A DNA stretch of 64,000 nucleotides from the human T2T-CHM13v2.0 reference genome, Homo sapiens, in the NCBI RefSeq assembly GCF_009914755.1, contig NC_060930.1; one strand, written 5' to 3'. Position 1 is the stretch's first letter. Every line of letters starts with the position of its first letter. The notes under the pieces are model-generated. The model did not search any database, was not told the origin of the DNA, and was given only the letters and a program-made list of their open reading frames with translations. The translations under genes and the position numbers were made by a program. This document shows, one piece after another, positions 1 through 13,714 of the stretch.

Positions 1-225
1 GAGGCTAAGCCAGTCTCATCTTTTCATGTTCTTCCACCTGTTTTTATTCTGGCCACGTTGGCAGCTGACTAGATTGTGCCCACCCAGATTAAGGGTGGGT
101 CTGTCTTCCCCAGCCCATTGACTCAAATGTTACTCTCCTTTGGCAACACCCTCACAGACACACCCAGGAACAATACTTCACATCCTTCAATCCAATCAAG
201 TTGACACTCTATATTAACCATCACA
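1..225 (-). mobile_element. MLT2A/B-type ERVL LTR, 5' portion (runs off the window start)
   Basis: Ends in catccttcaatccaatcaagttgacactctatattaaccatcaca, the reverse complement of the MLT2 start; similar to the + strand LTR at 50305. Confidence 0.9.
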
Positions 226-1935
226 GTGAGGGAATCAACAGAATGTTGATAGTTACTTAGAAAACTGACGAAAGATTATACCAGAAGTAAAGGTCACTTA
301 CAAGGAATGGGTCTTAAGATTTCAGGAGCTTGCTTTTCAGCAGTAGAGTTGGAATAGCTGATGATGGATTTTATGTTCAAAAGATGCTTTTACTGGTAAC
401 TATGGCTCTCATTTGGCCAGCTATCTCCCCTTTCCTTTTCAGATTTATTTGGCTTTTATATTTCACATTTCAAACTAATCATATTTAGCATACTATATTA
501 TTTCTATCCATTCCTATACCACTGTTGATGTAGTAATATGACTCTGGAACCCAGAATGGCAGTAGGCTATCTCATCTATCATTCTCTGTCCCTCTCTGAA
601 CATCTCTGTTTATCTGTACTCTGGTGTGTAGAAGATGGAGGCTCAATAGGCCCCAATTCTAAAATGTTTATTCTACTCAAATCCTAAGAAAAAGTAATTA
701 CCACTGACTCCCAATTCTCTAGAAAGGCACATTAGGAAGATTCCCTCAGCCACACTGGGAAACACATGAATATCTGTGCCCAATTAACTGTAGCCAAAGG
801 ATCAGTGGTAAACACAAAAACATGGCAATAGAGATCCCACCCCATGACTGCAGAGAGGCATTCTTAGGGATCAACATGAGCTAGGCAGAGAGCCCAAATG
901 ATGTCTTTTACAATTTCTAATTTATTCTGTCAATGTTTTTAATAGAAAAATCTTAAAAATTACTTAAAACTTCATTTAAATAAATAAATTTAAGTATATG
1001 TGGAAAACTAGCTATGCATTATGCTTGCTACAAATAAAAAGCCAAGAAGCCTTTATTAATCCATCCCATAGAGAACATGGTCTTACTTGCAGCCCATTAC
1101 AAGTATACTTGGAAGTGTACTTGAAGAGTGGTGTGACTATCCCCTTTCTCTTCCCCTCTGGTTCTTCTCAGTCCATAAGAAACTCTTTCCTTTGGGTACA
1201 TTCTTCTCTCTATTGTATTATCTTTCTATTTATTTTTTATTTTTTACTCAGGATACAAGCTCCATCCTGCTGTAAGCCTCTGCATCCAGCAGGCACATCC
1301 TCTGTCTCATGGCTTTGTAAATATCGGTGTTCTCAGACACTGTTGTCCTGGATGTTTGCTGTTCCTTAGAAAGCAGAACATGTAAGAAAAGCATGCACTC
1401 TCCTCTGCTGATACTGATTGTCTTGCAGAAATTTTACAGTGTTATCTCTCAAGGATCCCTCTGCGACCACACAAGTTGCTGAATAGAACAATAAGAGAAA
1501 ACCATGTGGTCATAGTGATTTATAAAAGCTAGTGAGTGCACAGTTTTCATCCTAAAATGTAAGCAGAAGTGTTAAAAGAGATACAAAAATATCTGCTGCA
1601 TCTTGGTCCCATATTACCATGACCTTATTAAAAAAACTCGAAACCTCTGATTGGGGAATGTCTGGGAATGTCTTAATTGTCATTCCCACAATTTTTTTTT
1701 AACCAAAATATCCGCAAACCTAGAGGATCATCAGAATGTAATTAAATATGCACTGAAATGTTAAGGTTCTAGTTTTGGAACTTGTTACTAAGTCATAATA
1801 TTTATGAAAATTCCCTCTGAGCCTCAGTTTACTTTTTCACTTTCATGTATTATGTGCCTAATAATATATGCCCTACTTATTTTGCAAGGATATCATGAAG
1901 ATTAATCAAGAAATTTTATGATAAATACTTTGTAA

Positions 1936-2225
1936 TTTTTTTTGAGAGAGTCAAGCTCTGTTGTGCAGGCTGGAAGTAGTGGTGTGATCTCTGCTCACTG
2001 AAATCTCCGCCTCCACAGTTCAAGCAAGTCTCATGTCTCAGCCACCCGAGTAGCTGGGAGTAGTACAGGCATGCACTAACACAACAGCTAAGTTTTCTAT
2101 TTTTTAGTAGACATGGGGCTTCGCCATGTTGGCCAGGCTAGTCTCGAACTCCTAGCCTTAAGTGATACACCTGCCTCAGCTTCTCAAAGTGCTGGAATTA
2201 CAGCCATGAGCCTCCACACCTAGCC
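1936..2225 (-). mobile_element. Alu SINE, old (AluJ/S)
   Basis: T tail followed by both Alu arms in reverse orientation (caggctgg...ttggccaggcta...aaagtgctggaattacag); CpG-decayed. Confidence 0.92.
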
Positions 2226-2420
2226 AATACTCTGTAATTTATAAGATGTTATATTTGCTACTGGCTTGTAAGTTGTTTGGGTATAGGAGCCTATTCTTGA
2301 TTATCTTTACATTCCCTCAGGACTTAACCAAGTAACTGATCACAGGCAGGGCTTGATGAACACTGAGTAATGAGTTAATGAATCATTGATCCTGTCATCA
2401 TTTTCTAATTTGTTGTCCAA

Positions 2421-2778
2421 TGTCTTAGTTTATTTTGTGCTGCTATAATAAAATACCACACACTGGTAATTTGTAAAGAAAAGAAATGTATTTCTCACAG
2501 TTCTGGATGCTGGGAAGTCCAAAATTGAGGGGCCAGCATCTTGTGAGGGCCTTCTTGCTGTTAGTCCATGGCAGAAGGGCAAATAGGTTGAAAGAGAGGC
2601 AAGAGGGCCAAACTCATCCTTTTATAAAGAACCCGCTCCCAAGATAATGAATCTGCTCCTGCAATAACAGCGTTAATCCATTCACAAGGGTCCTCATTAG
2701 GTCCCATCTCCCAACACATTGCATTGGGGATTAAGCTTGCAACACATGCTTTTTATGGGACACATTCAAACAATAGCA
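2421..2778 (-). mobile_element. MaLR solo LTR (MSTC/MSTD/MLT1A-like)
   Basis: tgtcttagtt...tttctcacagttctggatgctgggaagtccaa...gggacacattcaaacaatagca, with TG...CA ends. Confidence 0.8.
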
Positions 2779-4224
2779 TCCACCATGGTAGACCTTTTTG
2801 GACTCCTTATATTACTTCATATCTGCTCTATGCTTACCAATCTCTTTCATCTAAGTTAATTTACTTTGACCTATATATTCTTTTGATGAATGTCAACCAT
2901 ACATCCATCATCTTGGACACTCAGAGGAAGGAGAAAAGTCTATTAACTCGTGTCTCTACATGATATAAAGGTGTTAATACAAAACTGCTACAAACTGATA
3001 GAGATTTTAGACTATTAAACAGAAAGATAAAAAGACGATAGACAGATGATAGATAAATACATAGATACAGATAGATAATTGATATAGCCTCAACATGAAT
3101 AAAACCCTTAAGAGAGAGTCTTGTGTTTATAAAAATACCATCACGGTGTCCTTTATGTTGCACATTTTGTCACTTAGGGAGTTATTACTCCATGCTGCAA
3201 TTAATTTGCCCCCAATATATATTATCCACCATACAATATTCCCTGAAATGTGCTCCCATTCACTCTGTTTTGTAATCCCCAACAGTAGGGTGCTCTTAGC
3301 TTAATTTCTCTTTATCTAAAGGTCTATGATCTCTGAAGTCTTCACCAAAGCAATCGATTCAATAATTCTATTCAAACGTTTATAGTCTTCCTAACGGTAA
3401 AATATGGGTTTAGCTAAGATATTCTATTCCTGATTCATAGAATATAAATGAACACTTTTGATATTTGAACTTATAATTTTATTAATTCACTTGACAAATA
3501 TTTATGTGTGTCAGTCACTGTAAGAGGTTCTGCGAATGCAAATATTAATGACATGCAAAGTCCCTGCCTTCAAAGACTTTAGAATCAAGAACTGAGAATG
3601 ATTGCTATTTTGTTCAACATCCTGTGTAATGACATGGAAAAAGTTAATTGATTTAAGACACTTGAAATTTGGAAATAACTTCTGAAAAAATTTACTTTCC
3701 ATTTATTACATACTAAACATGTAAAGTGTATTATATGAATTGTCTTATTTAATATTAACAACAATTCTGTTAGATAAGTTTTATTGTACTTACATTTAAT
3801 TTACCCAATGTCAGCGAATAAGTAATAGAAAGCATTTTTGAACCCGGTCTGTATGATTTCAAAAGTGAAACTGTTAACCTCTATTTTATGCCATTTCTGA
3901 TATTTTTTAAATGATATTTCTTAAGTTCCTTTCATGACTGGAGCTGACATCTCTTACCAAAAAGTGTGCAGCCTTCAACAACTCTTCATTGGAGATCTGG
4001 GGTCACATCAAAGAACAAACCAGCTGAGGAGACACTATTGTAAACCCTGGAGTGAGCAAGATCTGCAATGAAGGGTAAAACCTAACAAGTTTATTTAGAA
4101 TAACCAAAAATTATTTTCTAACTTTTACTTTGAGAAAGCCCCATTACCCTTTTGTAATGATGCCAGAAACAGAAACATTAAAGGAAAACGTTGATAAATA
4201 TGACCATGTAGGGATATAAACATC

Positions 4225-4663
4225 TGTATTAATCAGGGGTCCTCAGAGAAACAGAACCAATAGGATGCATTTTATATAGATAAAGAGATTTATTATAAGG
4301 AATTGGCTCACATGATTATGGAGGCAGGCAAGTCCTAAGATCTTCAGGGTTATTTGTCATGCTGGAGACCCAGGAGAACAAATGACTTAGTTCCAGTCCA
4401 AATGCCAGTGGGCTCAAGAGCCGGGTAGAGCCAGTGTTTCAGTTCAAAGGCAATCAGGCAGTAACAATTCTCTGTAGCTTGCATAAGGATCAGCATTTTT
4501 GTTCTCTTCAGGCTCACAACTGACTGGATTCACATTAGGGATAGCAATGTGCTTCACTTAGTCTACCAATTTAAATGTTAACACAAACAAGTGGAACAAT
4601 ATTTTACCAAATATCTTGGCACCCTACAGCCCAGTCAAGTTGACACATAAAGTTAACCATCAC
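4225..4663 (-). mobile_element. MLT2-family ERVL solo LTR
   Basis: Termini tgtattaatcagggg...agagaaacagaaccaatagga and caagttgacacataaagttaaccatcaca. Confidence 0.85.
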
Positions 4664-4778
4664 AAGATCTAAAATATCTAAAGGTCAAAGACAATCCATA
4701 AACAAAACTGAATGCCAAAAGTAAGCTTGAAAGACATGGTAACACATAAACAAATATCACTAATATATAAAAATCATG

Positions 4779-5390
4779 CTATATTAGTCAGGGTTCTCCA
4801 GATAGACAATATCAATAGAAGATATGTTAATAGGTAGCTATAGAGATGATGTAGACAGATGATATAGATTTGACATAGATATATAAGGAAGGATTAACTA
4901 GGAGAATTGGCTCACGCAATTATGGAGGCCGAGAAGTTCCAGGATAGGCTGTCCGTAGGCTGGAGACCGTGGGATGCCAATAGCATGGCTCACTCTAAGT
5001 CCGAAAGCATCAAAACCAAGGAAGCTAGTGGTGTAACTTGAAGACAAAGGCCTGAGAATGCAGGGATTGGGAGCTGCCACTTGTGTAAGTACTGGAGTCT
5101 CAAGGCCAGAAAGCCTGGGGTTCTGATGTTCGAGGGCAGGACACAGAGGGAGAGTGTCTCAGCTCCAGAAGAGTGAGAGAGAAAATCCTTTTCTCTCATT
5201 TTTTGTTCTACTTGGGCACCCAGCTGATTGAATGGTGCCCACAGCATTGAGGGTGGATCTTCCTCACTCAATCCTCACTCATGCCAATTTCCTTTGGAAA
5301 CACTCACAGACACATGGAGAAGTAATGCTGTACCAGTTTTCTAGGTATTCCTTAATCCAGTCAAACTGACCCATAAATATAACTATCACA
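4779..5390 (-). mobile_element. MLT2-family ERVL solo LTR (second copy)
   Basis: tattagtcagggttctccaga...aattggctcacgcaattatggaggc...cttaatccagtcaaactgac...aactatcaca. Confidence 0.85.
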
Positions 5391-5620
5391 AATGCTTTCA
5401 AAATAGGAAAAGTAGACAAATGAGCAAAAAATATTAATAGGAAATTCACAAAAGAAAAATATATGAATGGCCAGTAAATATTGGGCAGACAAGACTTAGT
5501 GTCACTTAGCTAAGAAGAAAATACACATTAAAACAAAGTGTTTGGAAAATTGGTGGTAGCTATAGTTTACAAAAATATTAGAGAAATGGGCAGTCTGATT
5601 GTCTACAAGAAACAACACTG
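5391..5620 (+). mobile_element. Old L1M ORF2/3' fragment, host of the nested LTRs (other pieces at about 4130-4224, 4665-4778 and 6830-7120)
   Basis: A-rich L1-like motifs (aataggaaattcacaaaagaaaaatata...aatggccagtaaata; attaaaacaa). Confidence 0.55.
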
Positions 5621-5627
5621 TATTTTT

Positions 5628-6822
5628 TTGTAATTTCTTTTTTTTTTTTTTTACTTTTATTTTAGGTTCAGGGGTACATGTGCAGGTTTCTTATATAGGT
5701 AAATTACATACCATGGGGGTCTGGTGTACAGATAATTTTGTCACCCGGTAATATGTATAGTACCTGGTAGGTATTTTTCCTGATTCTCTCCCTCCTTCCA
5801 CCCTCAACCCTCAAGTCGGCCCTCAGTGTCTGTTGTTCCCCTCCTAGTATCCATGTGTTCTCACTGTTTTGCTCCCACTTATAAGTGAGAACATGCAGTT
5901 TTCTGTTTTCTGTTCCCGTGTTAGTTTGCTTAGGATAATTGTCTCCAGCTCTATCCATGTTGCCGCAAAGGACATGATCTCATTCCTTTTTATGGCTGTG
6001 TAGTATTCTGTGGTGTATGTGTACCACATTTTATTTACCCAGTCTTCTGTTGTTGGGCATTTAAGTTGATTCTATGTCTTTGCTATGTGAATAGTGCTGT
6101 AATGAACATAAGCGTTCAGGTATCTTTATGATAGAACAACTTATATTTCTTTGAGTATATACCCCATAATGGGATTGCTGGGTTGAATGATAATTCTGTT
6201 GTAAGTTCTTTGAGAAATCACCACACTGCTTTCCACAATGGCTGAACTAATTAGGAACTAGTATATAAGCACCATTAGGAACTCGTTAGGAGCTAGTATA
6301 ATGGCCATTCTGACTGGTGTGAGATGGCATGTCATTGTGGTTTTGATATGCATTACTCTAATGATTGGTTAATGTTGAGCTTTTTTTTTTTTAATGTGCC
6401 TGTTGGCTGCATTTAATCTTCTTACGAAAAGTGTCTGTTCGTGTCCTTTGCCCATATTTTAATGGGGTGGTTTTCTGCTTGTAAATTTGTTTAAGTTCCT
6501 TATAGATTCTGGATATTAGACCTTTGTTGGATGCACAGTTTGCAAATGTTTTCTTCCATTCTGTAGGTTGTTTGCTGATAGTTTATTTTGCTCTGCAGAA
6601 GCTCTTTAGTTTAATCAGATCCCATCTGTCAATTTTTGCTTTTGTTGCAATTGCTTTTGGCATCTTCGTCATGAAATATTTGCCAGGTTCTGTGTTAACA
6701 ACAGTATTTTCTAGGTCATCTGCCAGGATTTTTATAGTTTTAGGTTTTACATTTAAGTCTTTAATCCGTCTTTGAGTTGATTTCTGTATGTGGTATAAGG
6801 TAGGGATCCAGTTTCATTCTTC
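5628..6822 (-). mobile_element. L1PB/L1PA16-like 3' end, 5'-truncated
   Basis: Poly-T followed by ggggtacatgtgcaggtt; ORF 5844..6029 translates to the ORF2p C-terminus (MWYTYTTEYYTAIKRNEIMSFAATW). Confidence 0.9.
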
Positions 6823-7127
6823 CACACATAGAAACAACGTTTCTTCCAGAGTGAGATTTCTGGAAGGTCATTTGGTAATATGCATTAATATCTTCAAGAT
6901 GAAAGTTCTAAAAATTTGTCTTAAAGAACTTACTAAAGATGGACTGAAGTTATATACAACACTGTTAAAAGAATGTGGCACTATGATAAAAGTAAGAAAT
7001 TGGGAGGAAATATTCGCCAATAGAGGACTGGTTAACTTACAAATAAACTGGTTCATCCAGATGTTGGAATACTTACGCAGAAATTTATGAGATTAATGAT
7101 GTGGAATGATGTTTACTATGTATATAT

Positions 7128-7375
7128 AGTCTCACTCTGTCACCCAGTTTCCCTCGACCTCCCAGGCTCAGGTAGGTGATCCTCCCATCTCAGCCTCCTG
7201 AGTAGCTGAGACTACAGGTGCACACCATCATGCCTGGCTAATTTTTTCTCTTTTTTGTGGAAATGGAGTTTCACCATGTTGCCCAGGCTGGTGTCAAACT
7301 CCTGGGCTCAAGCAATCTGCCTGTCTCGAGCTCCCAAAGTGCTAGGATTATAGGCATGACCCACTGTGCCCAGCC
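7128..7375 (-). mobile_element. AluJ, tail lost, with internal deletion
   Basis: cctgggctcaagcaatc...cccaaagtgctaggattatagg motifs. Confidence 0.88.
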
Positions 7376-8228
7376 TATTCATAATGTATTAAGTAAAAAT
7401 ATAAATAAATAAAACAGGTCAAAAAAAACATGTCTAGTTCTATCATATATGTGTTGTGCATGGCATGCACACATGCATGTGTGTGTGTTTGTGTGAAAGA
7501 TTAGTTGCCAAACCCACAACTGTATCTATGTATAGGTGATGGCATTACAGGTACTTTAATTCTTTTTTGTTTGCTTTGATAACTATAATGAATGCCTATT
7601 ACCTGTGGGAATTTTTGCCATGTAAGAAATTTATAAAATAAATTACCTTGTGATTTGATCTACATTACAGATGCTTGATACTGCATATGAAATAGCCCAC
7701 CTTTTCTCAGTTCCCATTTTATGTGTTAAAATTACAGAACATCCACATTTGTGTTACTGTTGATGTTGGTCAAGTTATTAGTCGACATTTATTATGTGGG
7801 AACTGTGTACATGACTATAAACAAAACGTAAAGATCTGGAGGAAACTGAAGCAAGAAGCCCAGCGGAGCTGTGGTGCAGATGGCCCTTTGGCAGAAGCTC
7901 TACTAATGGGCTGAGATCAGTGGCATGTTTACTGCATGGACTCCTAACAAATGGATTTGGCCAGTCTCAAGGGGCCTCTTAGGCCTCAGTTGGCAAGCAG
8001 GGACAAAAGAGAAGAGTAGGTGATGAGGGAATGTAAGGCCACTGCCTGCATTCCCTTAAGAAAACTGGAATCAAGGCCCTACACAAGGTGGAAGCTGGCA
8101 CAAGCTGCTAAAAGGTTGACTACTTTCTCTATCAAAGCAGCATTTTCTATTTTAGGCTGGAGATTCATAAATACTAGGAACTACCTCAAAAATAGAAAGA
8201 GAAAAGGCTTTATAATTAACAGAGTTTA

Positions 8229-8627
<399 letters not shown>

Positions 8628-8796
8628 GGAAGAAATGAAGATTGAAGCTAGTCTAGGTCCCAACAAACTGTGACACATAAGTATGTTCTTTTATTTCTTG
8701 TGTCCTGTGGAGACCTATCCACCTTTTTCATGTCTCTCCCAGGTCCCTTTTGCTCTTCACACACAGGAAAACCAACAAGATCCCTTGACTCTAGAT

Positions 8797-8973
8797 CAGC
8801 GATTCACAGTGTGGTCCCTTGTCCAGCAGTGGCATCTGGAAACATACCGGAAATGTAGATTCTCAGGCTCCACCCCCGACATACTTAGAATTTCTGGGGG
8901 TGCAGCCCAGCAATACCTATGTTAACAAACCCTCTGAGTGATTCTGATGCACACTCAAATTTGAGAACCACTG
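8797..8973. mobile_element. MER5A-like hAT-Charlie MITE
   Basis: cagcgattcacagtgtggtcc...agattctcaggctccacccc...tttgagaaccactg; flanks ctctagat and atctagat resemble an 8-bp hAT TSD. Confidence 0.8.
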
Positions 8974-9236
8974 ATCTAGATGATGTAACTTTCAAGGTTT
9001 CTGGGTAAAACAAGTAGTAAATCATAAAGATCTCAAATAAAGTCATAATACATACCCTGAAATTCAATTAGTTTTTACAATATGTGCAGGCATTATTTTA
9101 TTCCTTAATTTAATATTTTTTCAAATAAGTATCATTTAATAATACCAAATTTTCTATTTATGTATGTGTATCTATATACATATATATACACATACACCAT
9201 ATAATTGAAACTACATATATGTATATGGTTTATATA

Positions 9237-10291
9237 CAGTTGGCCCTTTAACAACATGAGGATTGGGGCACTGACCCGTGTAGTTGAAAATCCACACATA
9301 AATTTTGACTTCCCAAAAACTTAACTGCTGATAGTCTACTGCTTACCAGATGCCTTTCCAATAACATAAACAGTTGATCAGCACATATTTTGTATGTTAT
9401 ATATGTTAGATACTGTATTCTTAAAATAAAATAAGCTAGAGAAAAGAAAGTGTTAAGAAAATCATAAGAGAAAATGCATATATAGCACTATACTACATTT
9501 ATTGATTCCACAAGTTTAGGTTGTCTGTTGACAAGATGAATTGTCTGTTTGAAATGGCAGCAACCGCAGTTGCAGACCTGAATCTACAGTCTATATAAGG
9601 CAATTCAACTTTTTCTTGTGATGTCATGACTTTGCTTCTTGGGAGTACTCCAAGCGTCACTAATGGCGCTTCGTGTCGGTTCCATGCTGTTATTCATGGT
9701 TTACGGTATCACACTAAACACGATGACAAATACAAGAGAAGCCTGACAGATCACTTTGTACTGCAAAATGCAATTTACTGGAGAGGCAAACTGCTCAGTG
9801 GAAATGAGGAGATGATGTGCGTTTTTTGGTCACTTGGCATTTTAAGCAGATACTCGCAACACTCAAGCTCACTGCAATAGCAGCAGGAGGAGGCTACAGA
9901 ATTATTACAGCAGTACAGTATGTAGTATGGCTAGTTTTATGCAGTTATGATTTAATACTGCAACTTTACATTTCTCTTGACTGCAAATGGTGCCATAGGT
10001 GGTCTGTAAGTGTTTGTGTGCCTACGTTTTGATAAATTTTAAGATATCTTATATTCATGTATATTTTATGGTCATAAATGATAAAATAGACTAGTATCTA
10101 CATGTTTTTTATGTGTTCATAACACATCTAATGTTTTCTTAATTTTTTCAATAGTTCTAGGCTATTAGGTCCATCTGTGAGCTTTTTCAAGTTGTTGCAA
10201 ATCTCCAAAAATTTGTTCAAAATATTTATAGGAAAGAAATCCACATATAAGTGGACCCACATAGTTCAAATCTGTGTTCAATGGTCAACTG
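9237..10291. mobile_element. Tigger2-family (Tigger2b-like) non-autonomous TcMar DNA transposon
   Basis: Terminal inverted repeats cagttggcccttt and atggtcaactg, TA on both flanks, length about 1.05 kb. Confidence 0.8.
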
Positions 10292-10449
10292 TATATATAC
10301 TATATGGCATATAGAGAGAGAGTTATATTTTTTTAATGAAAGACTGCTTATAATATTGTCATCCATTCTAAGATTCCTTATTTGCTAAGATGGGGGACTT
10401 GAAGAGAAGGAAGATCAATGGGAAGACTCTCCCACTCTCCTAGAGTTAT

Positions 10450-12395
10450 TTCACAACCATTTCTCCTTTCTCAAATTTCCTGTGCTCTCTTTCCTGCCCT
10501 CATTCAAGTGGTCACCTTCCTTATTTCCCTCAGAAATACTCACAGAAGCTGTCAGAAGGGTTATGAGTCAACACTCACGTGCTTGAACCCACATGTCTAT
10601 CAGCCAACCTTGGTGTGGCTGGACCTCACATTCTGTTTGCCCTTCTGTGATGGATGAACTTGTGTTCTGAATCCCATCCTGTGACTCACCCCAGTGTACC
10701 CTTTGTCCTGCGTCATTTGTTAATCCCTTTCTGTTAAGTCATTCACATTAGCACACAAGCATGCTATATTCACCATCTTAAACAAACAAAAACACCTCCT
10801 TTTGCCTCATATCCCCATATTCCTTTCCAGCTATTGCTCCACCTCCCCCCTCCCCACTTTGCAACAAAATTCTTCAAAGGAGTTATTTATACTACTGTCT
10901 TTACATTCCTTTCTTTACATTCTCTTTTGAAGCCACTCTAAGCCAGCTTTCATCCCAATCACTCCACCAAAACTGTGTTCCTCTGGTCACCAGTGACCTC
11001 CACATTCCAAATGAATTTCCATCCTTAGATTACTTGACCACTCACATTTCACAGTTACTCACTCTCTGTGTCTTGAAATACTTTTCTTTTCTTTTTTTTT
11101 ACTTGGCTTCTCTTATATTCTTCTTTCTCTCAGTTTTCCTTCTACTTTAGTCATTATTACTTTAGACTTTCTTAATCTCTTTTGCTGGATCTTTCTTATC
11201 GTCCCCCTAACTTGCAAATACTAAGCACCCCAGAATTAGTCCTCCATCATCTTCTCTTCTATCTACTATCAGGAAATGGCTTACAAAGCCAGTGCCGAGG
11301 CTTTAAGTACACAGATGAACACCAAATTTCTATCTTTAGCCTTGATCCTCTCTCTGATATAGGCTATGACCTTTGCCATATTTCTACTGGAATATCTAAA
11401 GGTTGTCAAAACCTTCCAGTCAAGACTCTCAGGAACACACACCAAGGCCTAGCTAGCTGGTACCAGGACAGTTCCCTGATGTCAGGGGTTACTTTTCTTT
11501 CTTAAAGGCATCTCAGACTTGAAACATCCCTTACATGAGTCATTATTTATCTCTCCCTCCTAATTCCCACTAAACCTGTGCCTCCCAAGTCTTTCTCACT
11601 CATAAATTAGAAAATAAATTATCATGGCTAAAGTGTTTTGTGAGTCCTCAGGCTTCCATCTAATCTATCAGCAATTCTGTTGACTCTACCTTCAAATTGT
11701 GCCCCAATGCTAACCATGTGTGATGCCTGTCACCCTAGACCACACCATAATCATTTCTCACTTAGGCTAGTGCAAAGACCTCCTTGTTGGTGTCTCTGCT
11801 TTGATCCATGCCCCCTTACAATCTCTTCCCCATACAGCAATCAGAGTGATTCCTATAAATTATAAACCAGGTTGAAATTATAAACCAGATTGTTACTCCT
11901 TTACTTTAAACCTTCTAATGGTTTTTCTTTTCACTCACAACAGAAGCCAAAGGCCATAACCTACAAGCCTCATGGGGTCTGTGTCCATGCCAATTCTCTG
12001 ACCTCATTCTCTCTTTCCCCTTGCTCAGCCTGCTGCAGTCCCGTCAGCCTCCAACATACCAAGGACATTCCCACTTTCAGAACTTTGCTACGCTCTTTGT
12101 TCCTAGGTTATTCTCCCACTTATCCACACAAGTCCTTCTCTCCTTGCATTTGGGTTCCTTCCATATGTCACCTTATTAGAATGGCTCTCCCTGATCACCC
12201 GTCTGATTATTCATTTTCCATTTACCCTATTCTATTCATCATGGCAATTGTCACTACCTGACATTTTATTTATTGTTTACTGTCTGTCTCTTCCCACTAG
12301 ATTGTTAGCTCCCTGAGTTGGGACACCTTCTTCCATTGCTGTATCAAAGCATTGCCTGGCATAGAGTGGATGTGCAAAGAACATTTCTGAATGAA
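10450..12395 (+). mobile_element. L2 LINE 3' remnant
   Basis: C/T-rich; ccaccaaaactg...gtcaccagtgacctccac motifs; ends in ...tgcctggcatagagtgg...tgaatgaa. Confidence 0.8.
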
Positions 12396-13579
12396 AGTAG
12401 ACATAACTTAGAAAAAGGCCTAAATATCACAGGTCCTGATAGCCAGCCTTTCTTTGATGCACTAGAGAAATGTAATGCAAAGTTTAGCAGAAACTTTGGG
12501 GGAAAGACCCTCATGAACAAATACAGTGAGCAGGAAAGGCAGCATGGGGCAGCAGGATGGAGCCAAGAGTGCCACAGTATGGTGGGGCCTAATGGACAGC
12601 GAGGACACAGGCTTTGGGTGCCCATTCTCCAACCACCAGCTGAACAGTCTTGGATGAAGTAGCCTCAGTCTCCCTAGCCCTCAGTTTCCTCATCAGTAAG
12701 ATATGGTTTAAATAACTAAGACACTGGATATTCTGATCATAAAAATATTATACCTAACTTTTTGCATATCGTATAATTAGTGAAACTATGGTCTTCATTT
12801 TCACTTTTCTTTACAGTTATCCACTTTGTTTCCACCTCCTCTCACCCTCTCTCCCTTCTCATCTCCTATAAATGTGCTGTTACCTCCCATAGCACCAAGA
12901 TTACCTACCCCAAGCAACAGACTCCTGGTTGGTTAGTCATTTTAAAGCGTTTTTTTTTTTTTTGCCAATGCCCCCAATCCAACATGACTGCAGCCTGTTA
13001 ATTCTGTCTTAAAACCCCACTCTGCTCTGCCTTTCCCACCTCACACCTGAATTGTTGTGGTTATCTCCCTAGAATCATCTCCAACTTCCTCCCAAATCAT
13101 CTCCATTCACCCAAATGCAACAGACATAGTTCTTCAACAGGAAGAGTTTTCATCACCTCAGTCTTTGGTCAACCCCTTGGGTCATAACCAGTCTTTTCAA
13201 GCTAATTAATGACTAGTTCCTCCCTTTCATGATCTCTCTGCTCAGCATCCGTTATTCTGTCTCCTCTCCAGCCATCTCCAGTGAATTTGGAAATACTTTG
13301 CAGGTTGTTCTGGTTCTCACCTCTGTGCCTTTGTGCATATTAGTTTCTCACCTCCTTTGGAATTTAAAATAAAAATAGCCATTTCCTTTAGGAAGCCTTT
13401 GATTGGCTTCACCTACTTCTTATCATAGATGAGCAGAACAGCAGAACATCTGAGTTGTAAGCAGATTCCTCTATGCTGTGTTGTCATGGAGATGGCTGGG
13501 CTCTGCTGCTGCATCATCCTTAAGGCAAGGGGTCTTTGCTGAGGCTGATAACACCATGCTGGAGCCCCACCTCCTTTAT

Positions 13580-13714
13580 AAGCTCCTAACACTGCTGCAA
13601 CCCTCTCCATGCTCCTTTCTCTGGAAGCCCTCTGCATGCTCCTTCCTCTGGAAGCCCTGCAAGCCCCTAACATGGCTGCAACCCTCCTCCATGCTTCTTC
13701 CTCTGCAAGCCCTG
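13580..13714 (+). repeat. Nested imperfect tandem duplication (27-bp unit within a ~50-80-bp unit)
   Basis: ccctctccatgctcctttctctggaag at 13601-13627, ccctctgcatgctccttcctctggaag at 13628-13654, third variant at 13682-13709. Confidence 0.8.

Noticed and set aside
11857-11892. 18-bp tandem duplication aaattataaaccag(g/a)ttg
   Set aside because: Real, but an ordinary slippage duplication within an L2.
13601-13709. 27-bp repeats as a CRISPR-like array
   Set aside because: Primate context, adjacent degenerate copies and no regular unique spacers.
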